A stretch of 64,000 nt of DNA from Gemmatimonadaceae bacterium (GTDB taxonomy: Bacteria; Gemmatimonadota; Gemmatimonadetes; Gemmatimonadales; Gemmatimonadaceae): assembly GCA_051859245.1 (NCBI GenBank), contig JBHYGA010000001.1:320001-384000 (forward strand), in the 5' to 3' direction. The stretch's first letter is position 1. The number at the start of each line of letters is the position of its first letter. Of the stretch, positions 9,501 to 20,059 are shown piece after piece. A program made the position numbers and the translations under genes. The notes beneath the pieces were generated by a model, which was given only the letters and a program-made list of their open reading frames with translations, had not been told where the DNA came from and ran no database searches.

Positions 9501-11185
9501 GATGCAGCAACTCCGGTGGGATTCAATGTTGGGCTCGTGCGTGGCGTGGGCGTTGGTCGTCTGAGCAGTGCCGCGCCTTCGCGCCGTTTACCACGCCGAA
9601 GCAGCATCACGCCAAAGTGCGCCGCGAATACCAGATGCCCAAGCGTCATGAGTGTTCCACCCACTGTGCGGGACACCAGGTACGGTGCGGTGACGGTGAC
9701 GGAATCCATGAACGGACGCGCCGCGTCGAGCATGCGCATGCCTTGCAACCAACCGCCAATGCTGAGTCCGGTGAAGTACACGGCGAATCCACCCAGCACG
9801 AGCCAGAAATGCAGCGAGATCAGCCGGCTGTATGGCCATTCCCAATCCATAACCCGCGGCATTACGAAATACATGGAACCGAACATCACGAGCGAGAAGA
9901 ATCCGTACAGTCCCAGATGCGCGTGCGCCACCGTGAAGTGCGTGAAGTGTGTGGTGGTGTTCACGATGCGTAGCGATTGCAGACTGCCTTGCACCGACGC
10001 CAACGTGTACATCATGCCGCCGAGCACGATAAAGCGAAGCGTTGGCGAATAGCGTAACGCCGAGAGGTGCCCGTGCGCTGTTCGGTGCTGATTCACACCC
10101 ACAGCCACCACAGGCACGATCATCATCATGCTCTGCACAATGGACAGCGTGATAAGCCAGTTCGGCACTGGTCCACCTATCAGGTGATGACCGCCAACCT
10201 GACTGTAAAAAAACGCCAACGTCCAGAAGCCAACCAGCGATAGATGGTATGAATGAATTGGCTTGCCGAGAACTTTCGGCAGAAAGTAGTAAATCGCGGC
10301 CAGGCCAAGTGGTGTGAACCACAGGCCGAGCACATTATGCCCGAACCACCAGTTCATGGCCGCTTGCTGCTCGCCAAAATGAATGCCGGGCCACTTCGCC
10401 ACGATCAACAGCGCCGGTAACCAGATCAGACCGGCGCTGATGTACCACACCGACACATACAGATGCGGCACCTTGCGGTGTTGGAGCGTGCGCAACAGCG
10501 CTACGCCAACCAGCGTGCCGCCAAGAAAGAGTGGTATGTCCACCTGCCAGGGAAACTCGAGCCATTCCAAACCGGCGCTCTTTCCCATCAGAATCGCGGC
10601 GATGCCGCCGGTCACACCCAGCGTCCACAGCAGCACGCCAGCCGCAGCGGTTCGGCTGCCAACGAGCGGTGTGCGCAACAACCGCGGATACAGCCAGATC
10701 GCGATGCCGAGACCGGCCAGCGAACACCAGCCGTACGCCACCGCATTGAGATGCGCCGGTCTGATGCGTCCAAAACTCAGCCACGCCTCTTCAACAAGCC
10801 AGTCGGGAGCGTGCAGTTTGATGGACGCCACCAGTCCAAACACCGATGCAATCACGAGCCAGAGTACTGCACCGGTGAGCGCGATCAGCACGGGCAGCTT
10901 GCTCGACGCGTCGAGCATCGCGCGCTCGTCGGCTTCTTCGGGCGTGAGCACGGCAAACTCGCCAGTGTGCCCGGTGCGATTCATCACCCCCTGCAATTCG
11001 TCTTCTCGAGCGGCGGTACCTGCCGCAGGCTCCTCCACCAATCCGATCTCTTTCGACGCGAAGATCACGCGGCCCGCGGCTTCACCCGTACCAAAGAGAC
11101 CGCGTGACATCGACCACAGAAAGAGCGCGAGCGCCGCGACGGATCCCAGAAACGTGACGAGCAACAATCCCGCCGAGAACGACAT
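9497..11185 (-). CDS. ccoN: cbb3-type cytochrome c oxidase subunit I with N-terminal CcoS-like extension
   Basis: FGRIRPAHLN, WWFGHNVLG, GGHH, HFTHFTVAHAHLGLYGF supply the haem/CuB His ligands. ATG at 11185. Confidence 0.92.
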   Translation of the reverse strand: MSFSAGLLLVTFLGSVAALALFLWSMSRGLFGTGEAAGRVIFASKEIGLVEEPAAGTAAREDELQGVMNRTGHTGEFAVLTPEEADERAMLDASSKLPVLIALTGAVLWLVIASVFGLVASIKLHAPDWLVEEAWLSFGRIRPAHLNAVAYGWCSLAGLGIAIWLYPRLLRTPLVGSRTAAAGVLLWTLGVTGGIAAILMGKSAGLEWLEFPWQVDIPLFLGGTLVGVALLRTLQHRKVPHLYVSVWYISAGLIWLPALLIVAKWPGIHFGEQQAAMNWWFGHNVLGLWFTPLGLAAIYYFLPKVLGKPIHSYHLSLVGFWTLAFFYSQVGGHHLIGGPVPNWLITLSIVQSMMMIVPVVAVGVNQHRTAHGHLSALRYSPTLRFIVLGGMMYTLASVQGSLQSLRIVNTTTHFTHFTVAHAHLGLYGFFSLVMFGSMYFVMPRVMDWEWPYSRLISLHFWLVLGGFAVYFTGLSIGGWLQGMRMLDAARPFMDSVTVTAPYLVSRTVGGTLMTLGHLVFAAHFGVMLLRRGKRREGAALLRRPTPTPRTSPTLNPTGVAAS

Positions 11186-11479
11186 GCCTTCAACTCCGGT
11201 GCAGACGTAGATGCGCGAATCAGGCGCGGCCGCTGCGTGAACTGGCAGCATGCAATCGCCTCTCCCTCACTAAAGCCGTCTGTACCGCGGGCTGTGCCCG
11301 AGCCCGGAGCAGCGACGCACGCGTTTCGTATCGGCTCCGCAACAAGCGCAGCTCTTGCCCTTGGCGCCAGGCGCTACCGACGGAACATTAGGGAACTCAT
11401 TCACTATGTCGCACGCCGCGTCTGAATGTGACCAGGGCCGCGAGCGGCATGGAACGTTCTCCCTCTCTCTGCATTGATC

Positions 11480-13018
11480 ATGGATCGCCGCGATTTTCTC
11501 GTTGACCTGAGCCGCGCGGCCGCCGTATGCGCGGTGGCCCCCGACGCGTGGCGCCTGCTTCAGCGTCCGCGCATTGCCGACGATCCGTTCACGCTCGGCG
11601 TCGCGTCGGGCGATCCGTTGCCTGATGGTGGCATTCTGTGGACGCGATTGGCGCCGCGCCCGTTCGAACCGGACGCAGGCATGAATGGCGACCGGACCAC
11701 GGTGCGCTGGGAAGTCGCAAGCGACGACGGGTTTCGCAATGTGGTCGCGCGCGGATCGAGCATCGCGTCCTTCGAGCTCGGGTACAGTGTACACGTGGAC
11801 GTGCGCGGACTCTCACCCGATCGCTGGTACTGGTATCGCTTCAATGTGGGTGACGCAGTGTCTCCGGTTGGTCGACTGCGCACCGCGCCGGTGAACGACG
11901 CGGTCGCACCACTCGCGCTGGCGTTTGCGTCGTGTCAGCACTGGGAGCAAGGGTACTTCACGGCGCACGGACATCTCGCGCGCGAGAACCCGGATCTGGT
12001 GGCGTTCCTCGGCGACTACATCTACGAGTATGCGGGAACGGATCGAGTGCGCAAGCATCACGGTCTCGAAATCCGCACCATCGATGACTACCGCCGTCGT
12101 TACGCGCAGTACAAAACTGATCCGGATTTGCAGCTCGCGCACGCGGCGTGCCCATGGCTCGTCGTGTGGGACGATCACGAAGTGGACAACAACTACGCCG
12201 ATCTCATGGGCGAGAATCGCATGGAATCGGAAGAGCAGATGCGCACGCGACGTGCGGCGGCGTATCAGGCGTGGTACGAAAATCAGCCAGTGCGCCTACC
12301 GCGCGCACGTTCGTGGGCGGACCTCGACATTACGCGTCGGATCCGCTGGGGACGCACCGCCGATTTCTGGATGCTCGACACGCGACAGTATCGCAGTGAT
12401 CAGGCGTGCAACGATGGCACGAAACTCACACCGTGCGGCGAATGGGCCGAGCCATCCCGCACGTTGCTCGGCGAGAAGCAAGAGCGCTGGTTGCTCGACG
12501 GTGTCGCGTCTGGTGAGGCGAGGTGGCAGGTGCTGGCGCAACAGATCATGGTGGCACCGTTCGACAGTGCACCAGGTGCTGACACCACGGTGAGCATGGA
12601 TCAGTGGAGTGGTTATCCGGTGGCGCGTGATCGGCTGCTGGCGGGCCTTGCGGAACGCGCACCGAATCGCACCGTTGTGCTTACCGGTGACATTCATTCA
12701 AACTGGGTGAACCAGTTGCACGCTGGTTATGATCGTCCAGACAAGCCCGTGATTGGTGCGGAGTTTGTGACCACAAGCATTTCTTCGGGCGGCAATGGTT
12801 CGCCAACGCTGCCGGAACAGGCGCAGCGTGCGCTCGCGGAATCTCCGCACATCAAATGGCACAATCGGCAACGCGGGTATGTGTCGTGCAAGATCACGGC
12901 GGATCGGTGGGAAGCGGACTATCGTGTTGTGCCAAATGTCACGGAGCAAGGCGCGGCAGTGGAAACGCCTACGCGCTGGGTGGTAGAGAACGGCAAAGCG
13001 GGGGTCGTGCGGCAATAG
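11480..13018 (+). CDS. phoD: Alkaline phosphatase D family, Tat-exported
   Basis: MDRRDFL Tat motif; FTLGVASGDP, FASCQ, GDYIYE, WDDHEVDNN, LDTRQYRS, DQWSGY, LTGDIH. Confidence 0.95.
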   Translation: MDRRDFLVDLSRAAAVCAVAPDAWRLLQRPRIADDPFTLGVASGDPLPDGGILWTRLAPRPFEPDAGMNGDRTTVRWEVASDDGFRNVVARGSSIASFELGYSVHVDVRGLSPDRWYWYRFNVGDAVSPVGRLRTAPVNDAVAPLALAFASCQHWEQGYFTAHGHLARENPDLVAFLGDYIYEYAGTDRVRKHHGLEIRTIDDYRRRYAQYKTDPDLQLAHAACPWLVVWDDHEVDNNYADLMGENRMESEEQMRTRRAAAYQAWYENQPVRLPRARSWADLDITRRIRWGRTADFWMLDTRQYRSDQACNDGTKLTPCGEWAEPSRTLLGEKQERWLLDGVASGEARWQVLAQQIMVAPFDSAPGADTTVSMDQWSGYPVARDRLLAGLAERAPNRTVVLTGDIHSNWVNQLHAGYDRPDKPVIGAEFVTTSISSGGNGSPTLPEQAQRALAESPHIKWHNRQRGYVSCKITADRWEADYRVVPNVTEQGAAVETPTRWVVENGKAGVVRQ

Positions 13019-13103
13019 GCTCGACACACTCGGTGTTATGGTGTAGCTACGAGTTGTTGCGCGCCTCGCGCGAGCGTGTCTCACCTTACCAACGAGATTG
13101 CGA

Positions 13104-14165
13104 ATGGCTGGAGCCATGATTTCTCCCTTCGGCAGGCTCCTGTTTCTGTGTGCGAGCGGGGTGGCGGTCCTCGCCGGCATGCGCGTAGCCGCGCCGGTAA
13201 TCGGGCCCGTGCTGATTGCGTTGCTGATGACAATTGCCTGGAGTCCGGCATCGCTGTGGCTCCGCAAACGAGGATGGCCACCTACGCTTGCGGCCCTTAC
13301 CGGCATTTTGCTCGGCGTGGTGTTCATCGCGTTGATGGTGCTGCTCGTCTGGTCGTCGGCGCTGCAACTGCAGGAGAATCTTCCCGAGTATCAGGATCGC
13401 GTTGGCGCGCTGCGCGAAAGTGTGACGGCATTGCTGGCGCGATTGCCCTTTGATACCTCGCGCATTCTCTCCACGGAGTCGCTGCAGCCCGGTGCGATTG
13501 TGGGGCGCGCGCTGCAGCTGGTTGGCGGCATTACCAGCACGGCGGGTGGCTTCAGCCTGCTCATCCTCATCATGGCGTTCATGATGATCGAATCGATGCG
13601 GTATCCGCAAAAGCTCTTCGATGCGACGGAAGCGTCAGCGGACGCCAACGATGCGGAGTCAACCGCAGGTCAGGTCGATCGGTTCGTAAAGAGCATGCGC
13701 AGTTACATCGTGCTGAATACCGTGTTCGGTCTCATTGCGGCTGTGGCCAATACGCTGTTGCTTTTCGCGCTCGGTGTTGACTTTGCGCTGTTGTGGGGTG
13801 TGTTGTCGTTCCTGCTGAGTTTTCTGCCAAACATTGGCTTTGTGTTGGCGCTGGTGCCACCCGCGTTGCTTGCGCTGTTGCAGTTCGGCGTTGCCAAAGC
13901 GCTGATGGTGTTCGCGGGATTCATCGTGATCAACACGATCGTGGACAATGTGATCAAACCGCGATTTGTGGGTGAGTCACTCGATTTGTCGCCGGCGGTC
14001 GTGGTGCTGTCGTTGGTGTTCTGGGGCTGGTTGCTGGGGCCCGTGGGTGCGTTGCTGGCCGTGCCGCTTTCGATCGCCGTCAAGTTTCTCTTTGAATCGT
14101 TCGATGAGGCTCGCTGGCTTGCGCACCTGATGAGCGACAGCGATGCAGTCAAGGAATCCCGATAG
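13104..14165 (+). CDS. AI-2E (PerM/TqsA) family transporter
   Basis: Multi-TM; FLPNIG, DNVIKPRFVG, LSP, FWGWLLGPVGALLAVPL. Confidence 0.9.
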   Translation: MAGAMISPFGRLLFLCASGVAVLAGMRVAAPVIGPVLIALLMTIAWSPASLWLRKRGWPPTLAALTGILLGVVFIALMVLLVWSSALQLQENLPEYQDRVGALRESVTALLARLPFDTSRILSTESLQPGAIVGRALQLVGGITSTAGGFSLLILIMAFMMIESMRYPQKLFDATEASADANDAESTAGQVDRFVKSMRSYIVLNTVFGLIAAVANTLLLFALGVDFALLWGVLSFLLSFLPNIGFVLALVPPALLALLQFGVAKALMVFAGFIVINTIVDNVIKPRFVGESLDLSPAVVVLSLVFWGWLLGPVGALLAVPLSIAVKFLFESFDEARWLAHLMSDSDAVKESR

Positions 14166-14203
14166 TTATTGCGGGCCCGGCATCGGCACCTGAACCACGA
14201 AAC

Positions 14204-14806
14204 TCACCTCGTTGTGGAGAGGTCGCGCTGCACGCGACACGGTTGCCCCAATGCAAGGCAACCGGCGGGAATGTCGAAGGTGACGATGCTTCCCGCGCCG
14301 ATCACGGCATTGGCGCCGATCGTGACACCAGGCAGCACGATGGTTCCGGCGCCAAGCCACGCACCGTCACCAATCACAATGGGCCGCGCGAAATTCCGGT
14401 AGGTCGATTGTCCCTCACGTCGCTCCGCGACCGGAACGATACGCTCTGCAGCTGAGAGCGGATGCGATACGGTCAGGAGTTGCACGCCTGGCCCGATGAG
14501 TACGTCGCGGCCGATGCGAATTGGCGCCGCATCGAGGAATACACAGTTCACATTGACGAACGAATCTCTGCCGATGCTGATGAACGGCCCGTAGTCGCAG
14601 AAAAACGGAGGCTCGATCCACACGCCTTCGCCTGCATCGCCGAATAGTTCACGGAGCAACGCAGCGCGCGCCGCGACATCCGTACTGGCAAGCGACGAAA
14701 AACGGGCCAGGAGCGCACGTGCGCGGTGCGCGAGCCCAAGCAGCTCTGGATCGCGCGAGTCGTACAGCTCGCCGGAAGTCATGCGCGCACGCTGTGAATC
14801 GGACAC
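14204..14806 (-). CDS. Sugar O-acetyltransferase (maltose/galactoside acetyltransferase family)
   Basis: MTSGELYD, IEPPFFCDYG, IGPGVQLLTVSHP, hexapeptide repeats VLPGVTIGANAVIGAGSIV. Start at GTG 14806 or ATG 14782. Confidence 0.9.
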   Translation of the reverse strand: MSDSQRARMTSGELYDSRDPELLGLAHRARALLARFSSLASTDVAARAALLRELFGDAGEGVWIEPPFFCDYGPFISIGRDSFVNVNCVFLDAAPIRIGRDVLIGPGVQLLTVSHPLSAAERIVPVAERREGQSTYRNFARPIVIGDGAWLGAGTIVLPGVTIGANAVIGAGSIVTFDIPAGCLALGQPCRVQRDLSTTR

Positions 14807-14997
14807 GAGAGGTTCACCCGTTCTGATGATAACGTCGCTCACAAGGCAACGCGTCTCTGTGCGCTCGGTTGACGACAGACCGCCAACAACAAAAGCGCAC
14901 GTGTTGTTCGCGGAAAGATATCGCCGCACCGGCGACCATTCGTACAGATGCGTCGTGAAGCCCTCACGCGCCAGCGGGTGCCGCGATAGCTTCGAAG

Positions 14998-16395
14998 ATG
15001 CAATCTGCCGCAACACTCGTGCTCCTTGCGATACTGCTCGCGCATCCGGTGACCGCTCGCGGCGGCGCCGAACAGGCACCGACTGCCACGCAAGACAGTG
15101 CGGCTCGCGACACGGCAGACAGCCTCACGTCGGCACCTGTCAACACGCCGGAACCTGTCAGCGTACAGCGCGCCGTCACCGACGAGCAGACACGCAACGA
15201 GTTGCAGGCGCTGTACGATCGTGTGCCGTCACTCAGTCGCATCACGGTCGGGGTTGACGCCGGTGTGGTGCGGCTTGATGGAGTGGTGGTCGATGCCGAG
15301 GACCGGAAGCGCGCGGCCGAGCTCGCCGCGTCCATGGATAACGTGCGCTTTGTCGACAATCGCGTCACCGAGTCCACCTCGCTCGAAGAACAGTTGCGAC
15401 CAACCTGGGCGCGACTTCGTGAACTTGCGTACGGCACGCTGGCGAAGTTGCCACTGCTCGTTGTGGCGGTCGTAATTCTGGCGCTGGCCATCGCCGGCGG
15501 TTCGCTACTCGCGCGATGGAGCGGACCGTCCTTTCTGCGGGCCCGCAATCCATTTCTGCAAGGACTCATCCGTCGCGCACTGCAAGCGATTCTCGTGGTA
15601 CTGGGCTTGTTGCTCGCGCTCGACTTGCTGGGTGCCACCGCACTTGTCGGCGCCGTGGTTGGTACGGCGGGTCTGGCCGGTCTGGCCATTGGCCTCGCCT
15701 TCAAAGACATCGCCGAGAACTATCTCGCCGGTACTTTGCTCGCGTTGCGACAGCCGTTTGCGCAGAACGATCAGATTCGCGTGGATGTGTTCGAGGGCAA
15801 AGTGGTGCGCCTCACGCCCCGCGAAACAATTCTCATGACGGCCGACGGCAATCATGTGCGATTGCCCAACGCCATGATCTTTCGCAGTGCGCTCATCAAC
15901 TTCACACGCAATCCGAAACGGCGTTTTGAGTTTGCGGCCGGCATTGGAACGCACGACGATCTTGTGCGGGCGCGTGACGTTGGTGTGTCCGCGCTGCTTG
16001 CGACCGAAGGCGTGCTAAGCGATCCGCCGCCCGAGGTGCTCGTGACCGCGCTGGGTGACTCCAGCGTGACCATGAGTTTTGCCGGCTGGCTCGATCAACA
16101 CCAAACCGAATACGCGCGGGTGCGCAGCGAGGCGATTCGCCTCGTCAAAGCGCACCTCGAAGACGCAGGCATCACGATGCCATCACCGGAGTACTCGGTC
16201 GCGATGCGGGGCGGTGCGGCGTCAACACTCGAGCGCGCCGATGAGAAACGCGCCGTGTCGCCGTCGCGGGACCGCACGCGCGCCGCAACCGATGTCTCGG
16301 TCGATCGCACGCTCGATCATCAGATCGAAGCGGATCGACGTCACGCCGACGAAGATGATCTGCTCGATAAGACGAAAGCGCCGCCCGCTCAGTGA
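14998..16395 (+). CDS. MscS family mechanosensitive channel with N-terminal BON domain
   Basis: Signal peptide; BON-like VDAGVVRLDG...VRFVDNRV; GLAFKDIAENYLAG...RQPF; PN..I.....NFT. Confidence 0.9.
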   Translation: MQSAATLVLLAILLAHPVTARGGAEQAPTATQDSAARDTADSLTSAPVNTPEPVSVQRAVTDEQTRNELQALYDRVPSLSRITVGVDAGVVRLDGVVVDAEDRKRAAELAASMDNVRFVDNRVTESTSLEEQLRPTWARLRELAYGTLAKLPLLVVAVVILALAIAGGSLLARWSGPSFLRARNPFLQGLIRRALQAILVVLGLLLALDLLGATALVGAVVGTAGLAGLAIGLAFKDIAENYLAGTLLALRQPFAQNDQIRVDVFEGKVVRLTPRETILMTADGNHVRLPNAMIFRSALINFTRNPKRRFEFAAGIGTHDDLVRARDVGVSALLATEGVLSDPPPEVLVTALGDSSVTMSFAGWLDQHQTEYARVRSEAIRLVKAHLEDAGITMPSPEYSVAMRGGAASTLERADEKRAVSPSRDRTRAATDVSVDRTLDHQIEADRRHADEDDLLDKTKAPPAQ

Positions 16396-16814
16396 CTGGA
16401 GTCCGTCGCCTCGAGCGATGAGCCCGCGTGGTGTCTGACGAGCAACACATCCGTTGCGAATGCGAGTAGCACGCCGATCGTGTAACAGACCAGATCACTC
16501 CACAAGAAACCGTGGCCGAGTGCCAACGCGCCGATTCGGGTGGCCCGCAGTGCATCGATCCATGGTGCGCGATACAGTTGATTCAACTCCACCGCGAACG
16601 AAATCAACAGGGCAGCGACCGCGAGATGACGTCGTGCCGCATGCGGTCGAACGAGCGCCGCCATCCAGAACATCATGGCGGCCCAGAGCGTGTCGCCCCC
16701 GTACTGCGCCGCGAGCGTCGGGAACGCGGCCGGGAATCGACGCGTCGCCAGGCCGAGCGCGATGGTCGCGAATAGCAGCCCGAGGCGGCGAATCATCCGC
16801 AGAAGACGGGGCAA
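16389..16814 (-). CDS. DUF2809 family membrane protein
   Basis: YGGDTLWA, VELNQLY, LGHGFLWSDLVCYTIG. Confidence 0.8.
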   Translation of the reverse strand: MPRLLRMIRRLGLLFATIALGLATRRFPAAFPTLAAQYGGDTLWAAMMFWMAALVRPHAARRHLAVAALLISFAVELNQLYRAPWIDALRATRIGALALGHGFLWSDLVCYTIGVLLAFATDVLLVRHHAGSSLEATDSSH

Positions 16815-17054
16815 TGGCGAGGGCGCATGGTACCGGCGAACGGTTCAGGGTTGAATAAGGGCGCGCTCACGCACGCAAACTCGACAAAACGGATGAGGGT
16901 CACCACGTTTGCCCCTCGCTGCGCGTACTACCATTGTACAGTGTTGCCGCGCCGACCCGTCGACGCGTTCCGCAGGCGGAGCAGGCGCCTGGCTCGTTCG
17001 ATCCCACCTTACGGCCGTCCTGCTGCTACGGCCATCTTTTTTGCGGAGTATGTC

Positions 17055-20000
17055 GTGAGAGCATTGCGCTCATTCCTGGGCCTCGGCCTTCTGCTCGCCA
17101 GCGCACCGCTGGGCAGCGGCCTCAGCGCCCAGCAGTCCTCCCGGACTGAACCCGTCACCGGTCTGCGCGACAACGGCACCGGCTTCCACGCGCTGACCGG
17201 AGCACGCGTTGTCACCGCCCCCGGCCAGACGATCGAGAACGCCACGATTGTGATCCGGAACGGTGTGATCACCGCCGTGGGCGCGAATGTGGCCGCTCCG
17301 GCCGGCGCCCGGGTATGGGATCTCAAGGGCCAGACCGTCTACCCGGGCTTCATTGACGCCCACGCAGACCTTGGCGTGGGCGAGGTGCCGCAGGGCGGCG
17401 ACGTGGGCCCCACGCACTGGAATCCGCAGGTGCGCGCCTGGTACAGCACCACGGCCAACTTCAAAGACGACTCCGCGCGCCGTGTGGCGCTGCGCTCGCT
17501 CGGCTTTGGCGCCGCCTTGGCGGTGCCCAAGCAGGGCATCTTCCGCGGCAAGGCCTCGGTGATCAACCTGGCCGACGCCGGCGCGCGTGATCGCGTGCTC
17601 CGCGCCGACCTGCTGCAGTCGGTTGGCTACCAGCGGTCGTTTACCCTCGGTGGTACGTACCCGAACAGTTCCATGGGCACCGTCGCGTTGATGAAGCAGA
17701 CGTTCATGGATGCCGAGTGGTACATCCGCGCCCGCGCGGCCTATGAAAACGGCGGACGCGCCAGCCTGCCCCCGGAGACCAGTGAAGCGCTCGCGGCACT
17801 GGCGAATGTCGTGCAGGGCAAGCAGCCGGTGCTCTTCCAGACGGAAAGCGAAGAGGAATACCTGCGCGCGCACAAGATCGCTGGCGAGTACAAGCTCGTG
17901 CCGTGGTTCCGCGGCAGTGGGCAGGAGTATCGCCTAGTGGACGTGCTGAAGGGACGCACCAACCCGCTCATCATCCCGATCAACTTTCCCGACGCACCCG
18001 ATGTCGCCACGCCGGAAGCGGCGCTCGGTGCGTCGCTCGCGCAGCTTCGTCACTGGTACCTCGCGCCAACGAACCCGGCGCAGCTCGCAAACGCGGGTGT
18101 TTCGTTCGCGATTACGAGCGATGGTTTGTCGTCACTCACGCAGTTCCTGCCCAACTTGCGCGTTGCGGTGTCGCGCGGCCTCACCGCCGACAAAGCACTG
18201 GCCGCGCTCACCACCGTTCCCGCAACCTGGCTCGGCATTGAACGCACGCACGGCACGATTGCAGTAGGCAAAGTTGCCAACCTCGTGGTGGCCGACGGCA
18301 ATCTGTTCACCGAAGAGTCGAGTGTGCGCGACGTGTGGGTGCAGGGCACGCGCTACGGCGTCACGCGTCCACCGCAGATCGATCCGCGTGGTACGTGGTC
18401 GATTGCGTCCGACGACGAGTTCGGATTCAAGGCGACGCTGCGTCTCGAAGGTCCGCTGAACCGCATTCGTGGCACGATCGAACGCGAAGGGCGCACGGCG
18501 ATCACGCTGTCCACCGCACAGGTAGTCGCCGAAACGGGACGTCTTCAGGTCACGTTCGATGGCGAGCGTCTTGGCTACGAAGGCAAGATTCTGATGTCAG
18601 GCAACGTGCGCGGCGAAGAGTTCTACGGCTGGACGTCATTGCCAAACGGCTCGGATCCTTCATTCCGTGGTACGCGAACGGAAAAGTTTGAAGGTGCGGC
18701 GCGTGGCACGATCGCCATGAAAGTGCCGCAGATTGATCTGCCGTGGATTCGTCCCATGATGGAATACGGTCGCGCGACGCAACCTGAGCAGCCGGCAGTG
18801 GTTGTGGTCCGCAATGCCACCGTGTGGACGCAGGGACCGCAGGGCCGCCTGGAAAATGCCGACTTGCTCGTACGCGCGGGCAAGGTGGTGCAGGTGGGCA
18901 CCAAGCTGAACGCGCCGAGTGGTGCCGTTGAGATCGATGCCACCGGCAAGCATGTCACACCGGGCCTCATTGATCCGCACACGCACACCGGTGTGAGTGC
19001 GGTGAACGAAAGCGGTTTTGCAATCGTGCCGGAAGTGAACATGGGTGATGTGCTCACGCACAACAACATCTGGATGTACCGTCAGCTTGCGGGCGGACTC
19101 ACCGCACAGATGGTCAAGCACGGTTCCGCGAATCCGATTGGCGGTGAGAACGTGTTTGTAAAGTCGCGTTGGGGTTCGTTGCCGGAAGATCTCAAGATCG
19201 AAGGCGCGCCGCGCACAGTGAAGTTCGCGCTTGGTGAAAATCCAAAGCGCAGCCCAACGCGCTACCCGAATACGCGCATGGGCGTGCAGGAAATCATTCG
19301 CGATCATTTCCTCGCGGCGCGTGATTACGAGAAGGAGTGGAAGCGTTGGGAGGCGGACAAAACGGGTATCCCGCCGCGCAAGGATCTCCGCATGGAAGCG
19401 ATCCTCGACATTCTCAATCAGAAGCTGCTCATCTCGTCGCACGGCTATCGCGCGGACGAGTTCCTCGCGCTCGTGCGCCTGGCCGAAGAGTTTGGCTTCA
19501 AGGTGCAGACGCTGCAGCATGGCGTGGAAGCGTACAAGATTGCCACAGAGCTCAAGAATGCCGGCGTGGCCGCTGTGGTGTGGAGCGACTGGGGCGCATT
19601 CAAGCTTGAGTCGTATGACGCCACATCGTACAACGCGCGCTTGCTCATGGAAGCGGGTGTCGTCACGTCGCTGCATTCCGACGACGCCGAAATCTCCACG
19701 CGCATGAACTGGGAAGCCGGCAAGTTGCTGCGCTCCGGCGTGGAAGAAGTGATGGCGTTGTCGACCGTGACGAATCAGGCTGCTAAGGCCGTTGCGATCG
19801 ACAATCGCATTGGTTCACTCGAAGCGGGCAAAGACGCGGACTTTGTGATCTGGAACGGCAATCCATTGTCGCAGTTCACCAAGGCGGAACAGACATGGGT
19901 TGACGGACGTCGCTACTTCTCACTGGAAGAAGACGCGAAGTTGCGCGCCGATATTGCGCGTCAGCGTACGCAGCTCATTCAGGCGATCCTGACGGCCGGA

Positions 20001-20057
20001 TCAGAAACGCCAGCCGCAGCAGGTCCGGCGCGCGGGCGTGGACCGGGAGGCAAGTAA
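17055..20057 (+). CDS. Secreted double-domain amidohydrolase family protein
   Basis: Signal peptide after GTG 17055 (RBS GGAG). Two amidohydrolase units: PGFIDAHAD, then PGLIDPHTH...KFALGENP...QH...HSDD...GSLEAGKDAD. Confidence 0.88.
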   Translation: MRALRSFLGLGLLLASAPLGSGLSAQQSSRTEPVTGLRDNGTGFHALTGARVVTAPGQTIENATIVIRNGVITAVGANVAAPAGARVWDLKGQTVYPGFIDAHADLGVGEVPQGGDVGPTHWNPQVRAWYSTTANFKDDSARRVALRSLGFGAALAVPKQGIFRGKASVINLADAGARDRVLRADLLQSVGYQRSFTLGGTYPNSSMGTVALMKQTFMDAEWYIRARAAYENGGRASLPPETSEALAALANVVQGKQPVLFQTESEEEYLRAHKIAGEYKLVPWFRGSGQEYRLVDVLKGRTNPLIIPINFPDAPDVATPEAALGASLAQLRHWYLAPTNPAQLANAGVSFAITSDGLSSLTQFLPNLRVAVSRGLTADKALAALTTVPATWLGIERTHGTIAVGKVANLVVADGNLFTEESSVRDVWVQGTRYGVTRPPQIDPRGTWSIASDDEFGFKATLRLEGPLNRIRGTIEREGRTAITLSTAQVVAETGRLQVTFDGERLGYEGKILMSGNVRGEEFYGWTSLPNGSDPSFRGTRTEKFEGAARGTIAMKVPQIDLPWIRPMMEYGRATQPEQPAVVVVRNATVWTQGPQGRLENADLLVRAGKVVQVGTKLNAPSGAVEIDATGKHVTPGLIDPHTHTGVSAVNESGFAIVPEVNMGDVLTHNNIWMYRQLAGGLTAQMVKHGSANPIGGENVFVKSRWGSLPEDLKIEGAPRTVKFALGENPKRSPTRYPNTRMGVQEIIRDHFLAARDYEKEWKRWEADKTGIPPRKDLRMEAILDILNQKLLISSHGYRADEFLALVRLAEEFGFKVQTLQHGVEAYKIATELKNAGVAAVVWSDWGAFKLESYDATSYNARLLMEAGVVTSLHSDDAEISTRMNWEAGKLLRSGVEEVMALSTVTNQAAKAVAIDNRIGSLEAGKDADFVIWNGNPLSQFTKAEQTWVDGRRYFSLEEDAKLRADIARQRTQLIQAILTAGSETPAAAGPARGRGPGGK

Positions 20058-20059
20058 CC

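Noticed and set aside
9039..10052. 337-aa plus-strand ORF
   Set aside because: Antisense shadow of ccoN and ccoO.
17055..17800. Apparently higher GC3 at the 5' end of the large amidohydrolase, suggesting a recombined segment
   Set aside because: This is an impression by eye only and cannot be supported without computing codon usage.
18660..19676. 338-aa minus-strand ORF
   Set aside because: Antisense shadow of the amidohydrolase gene.
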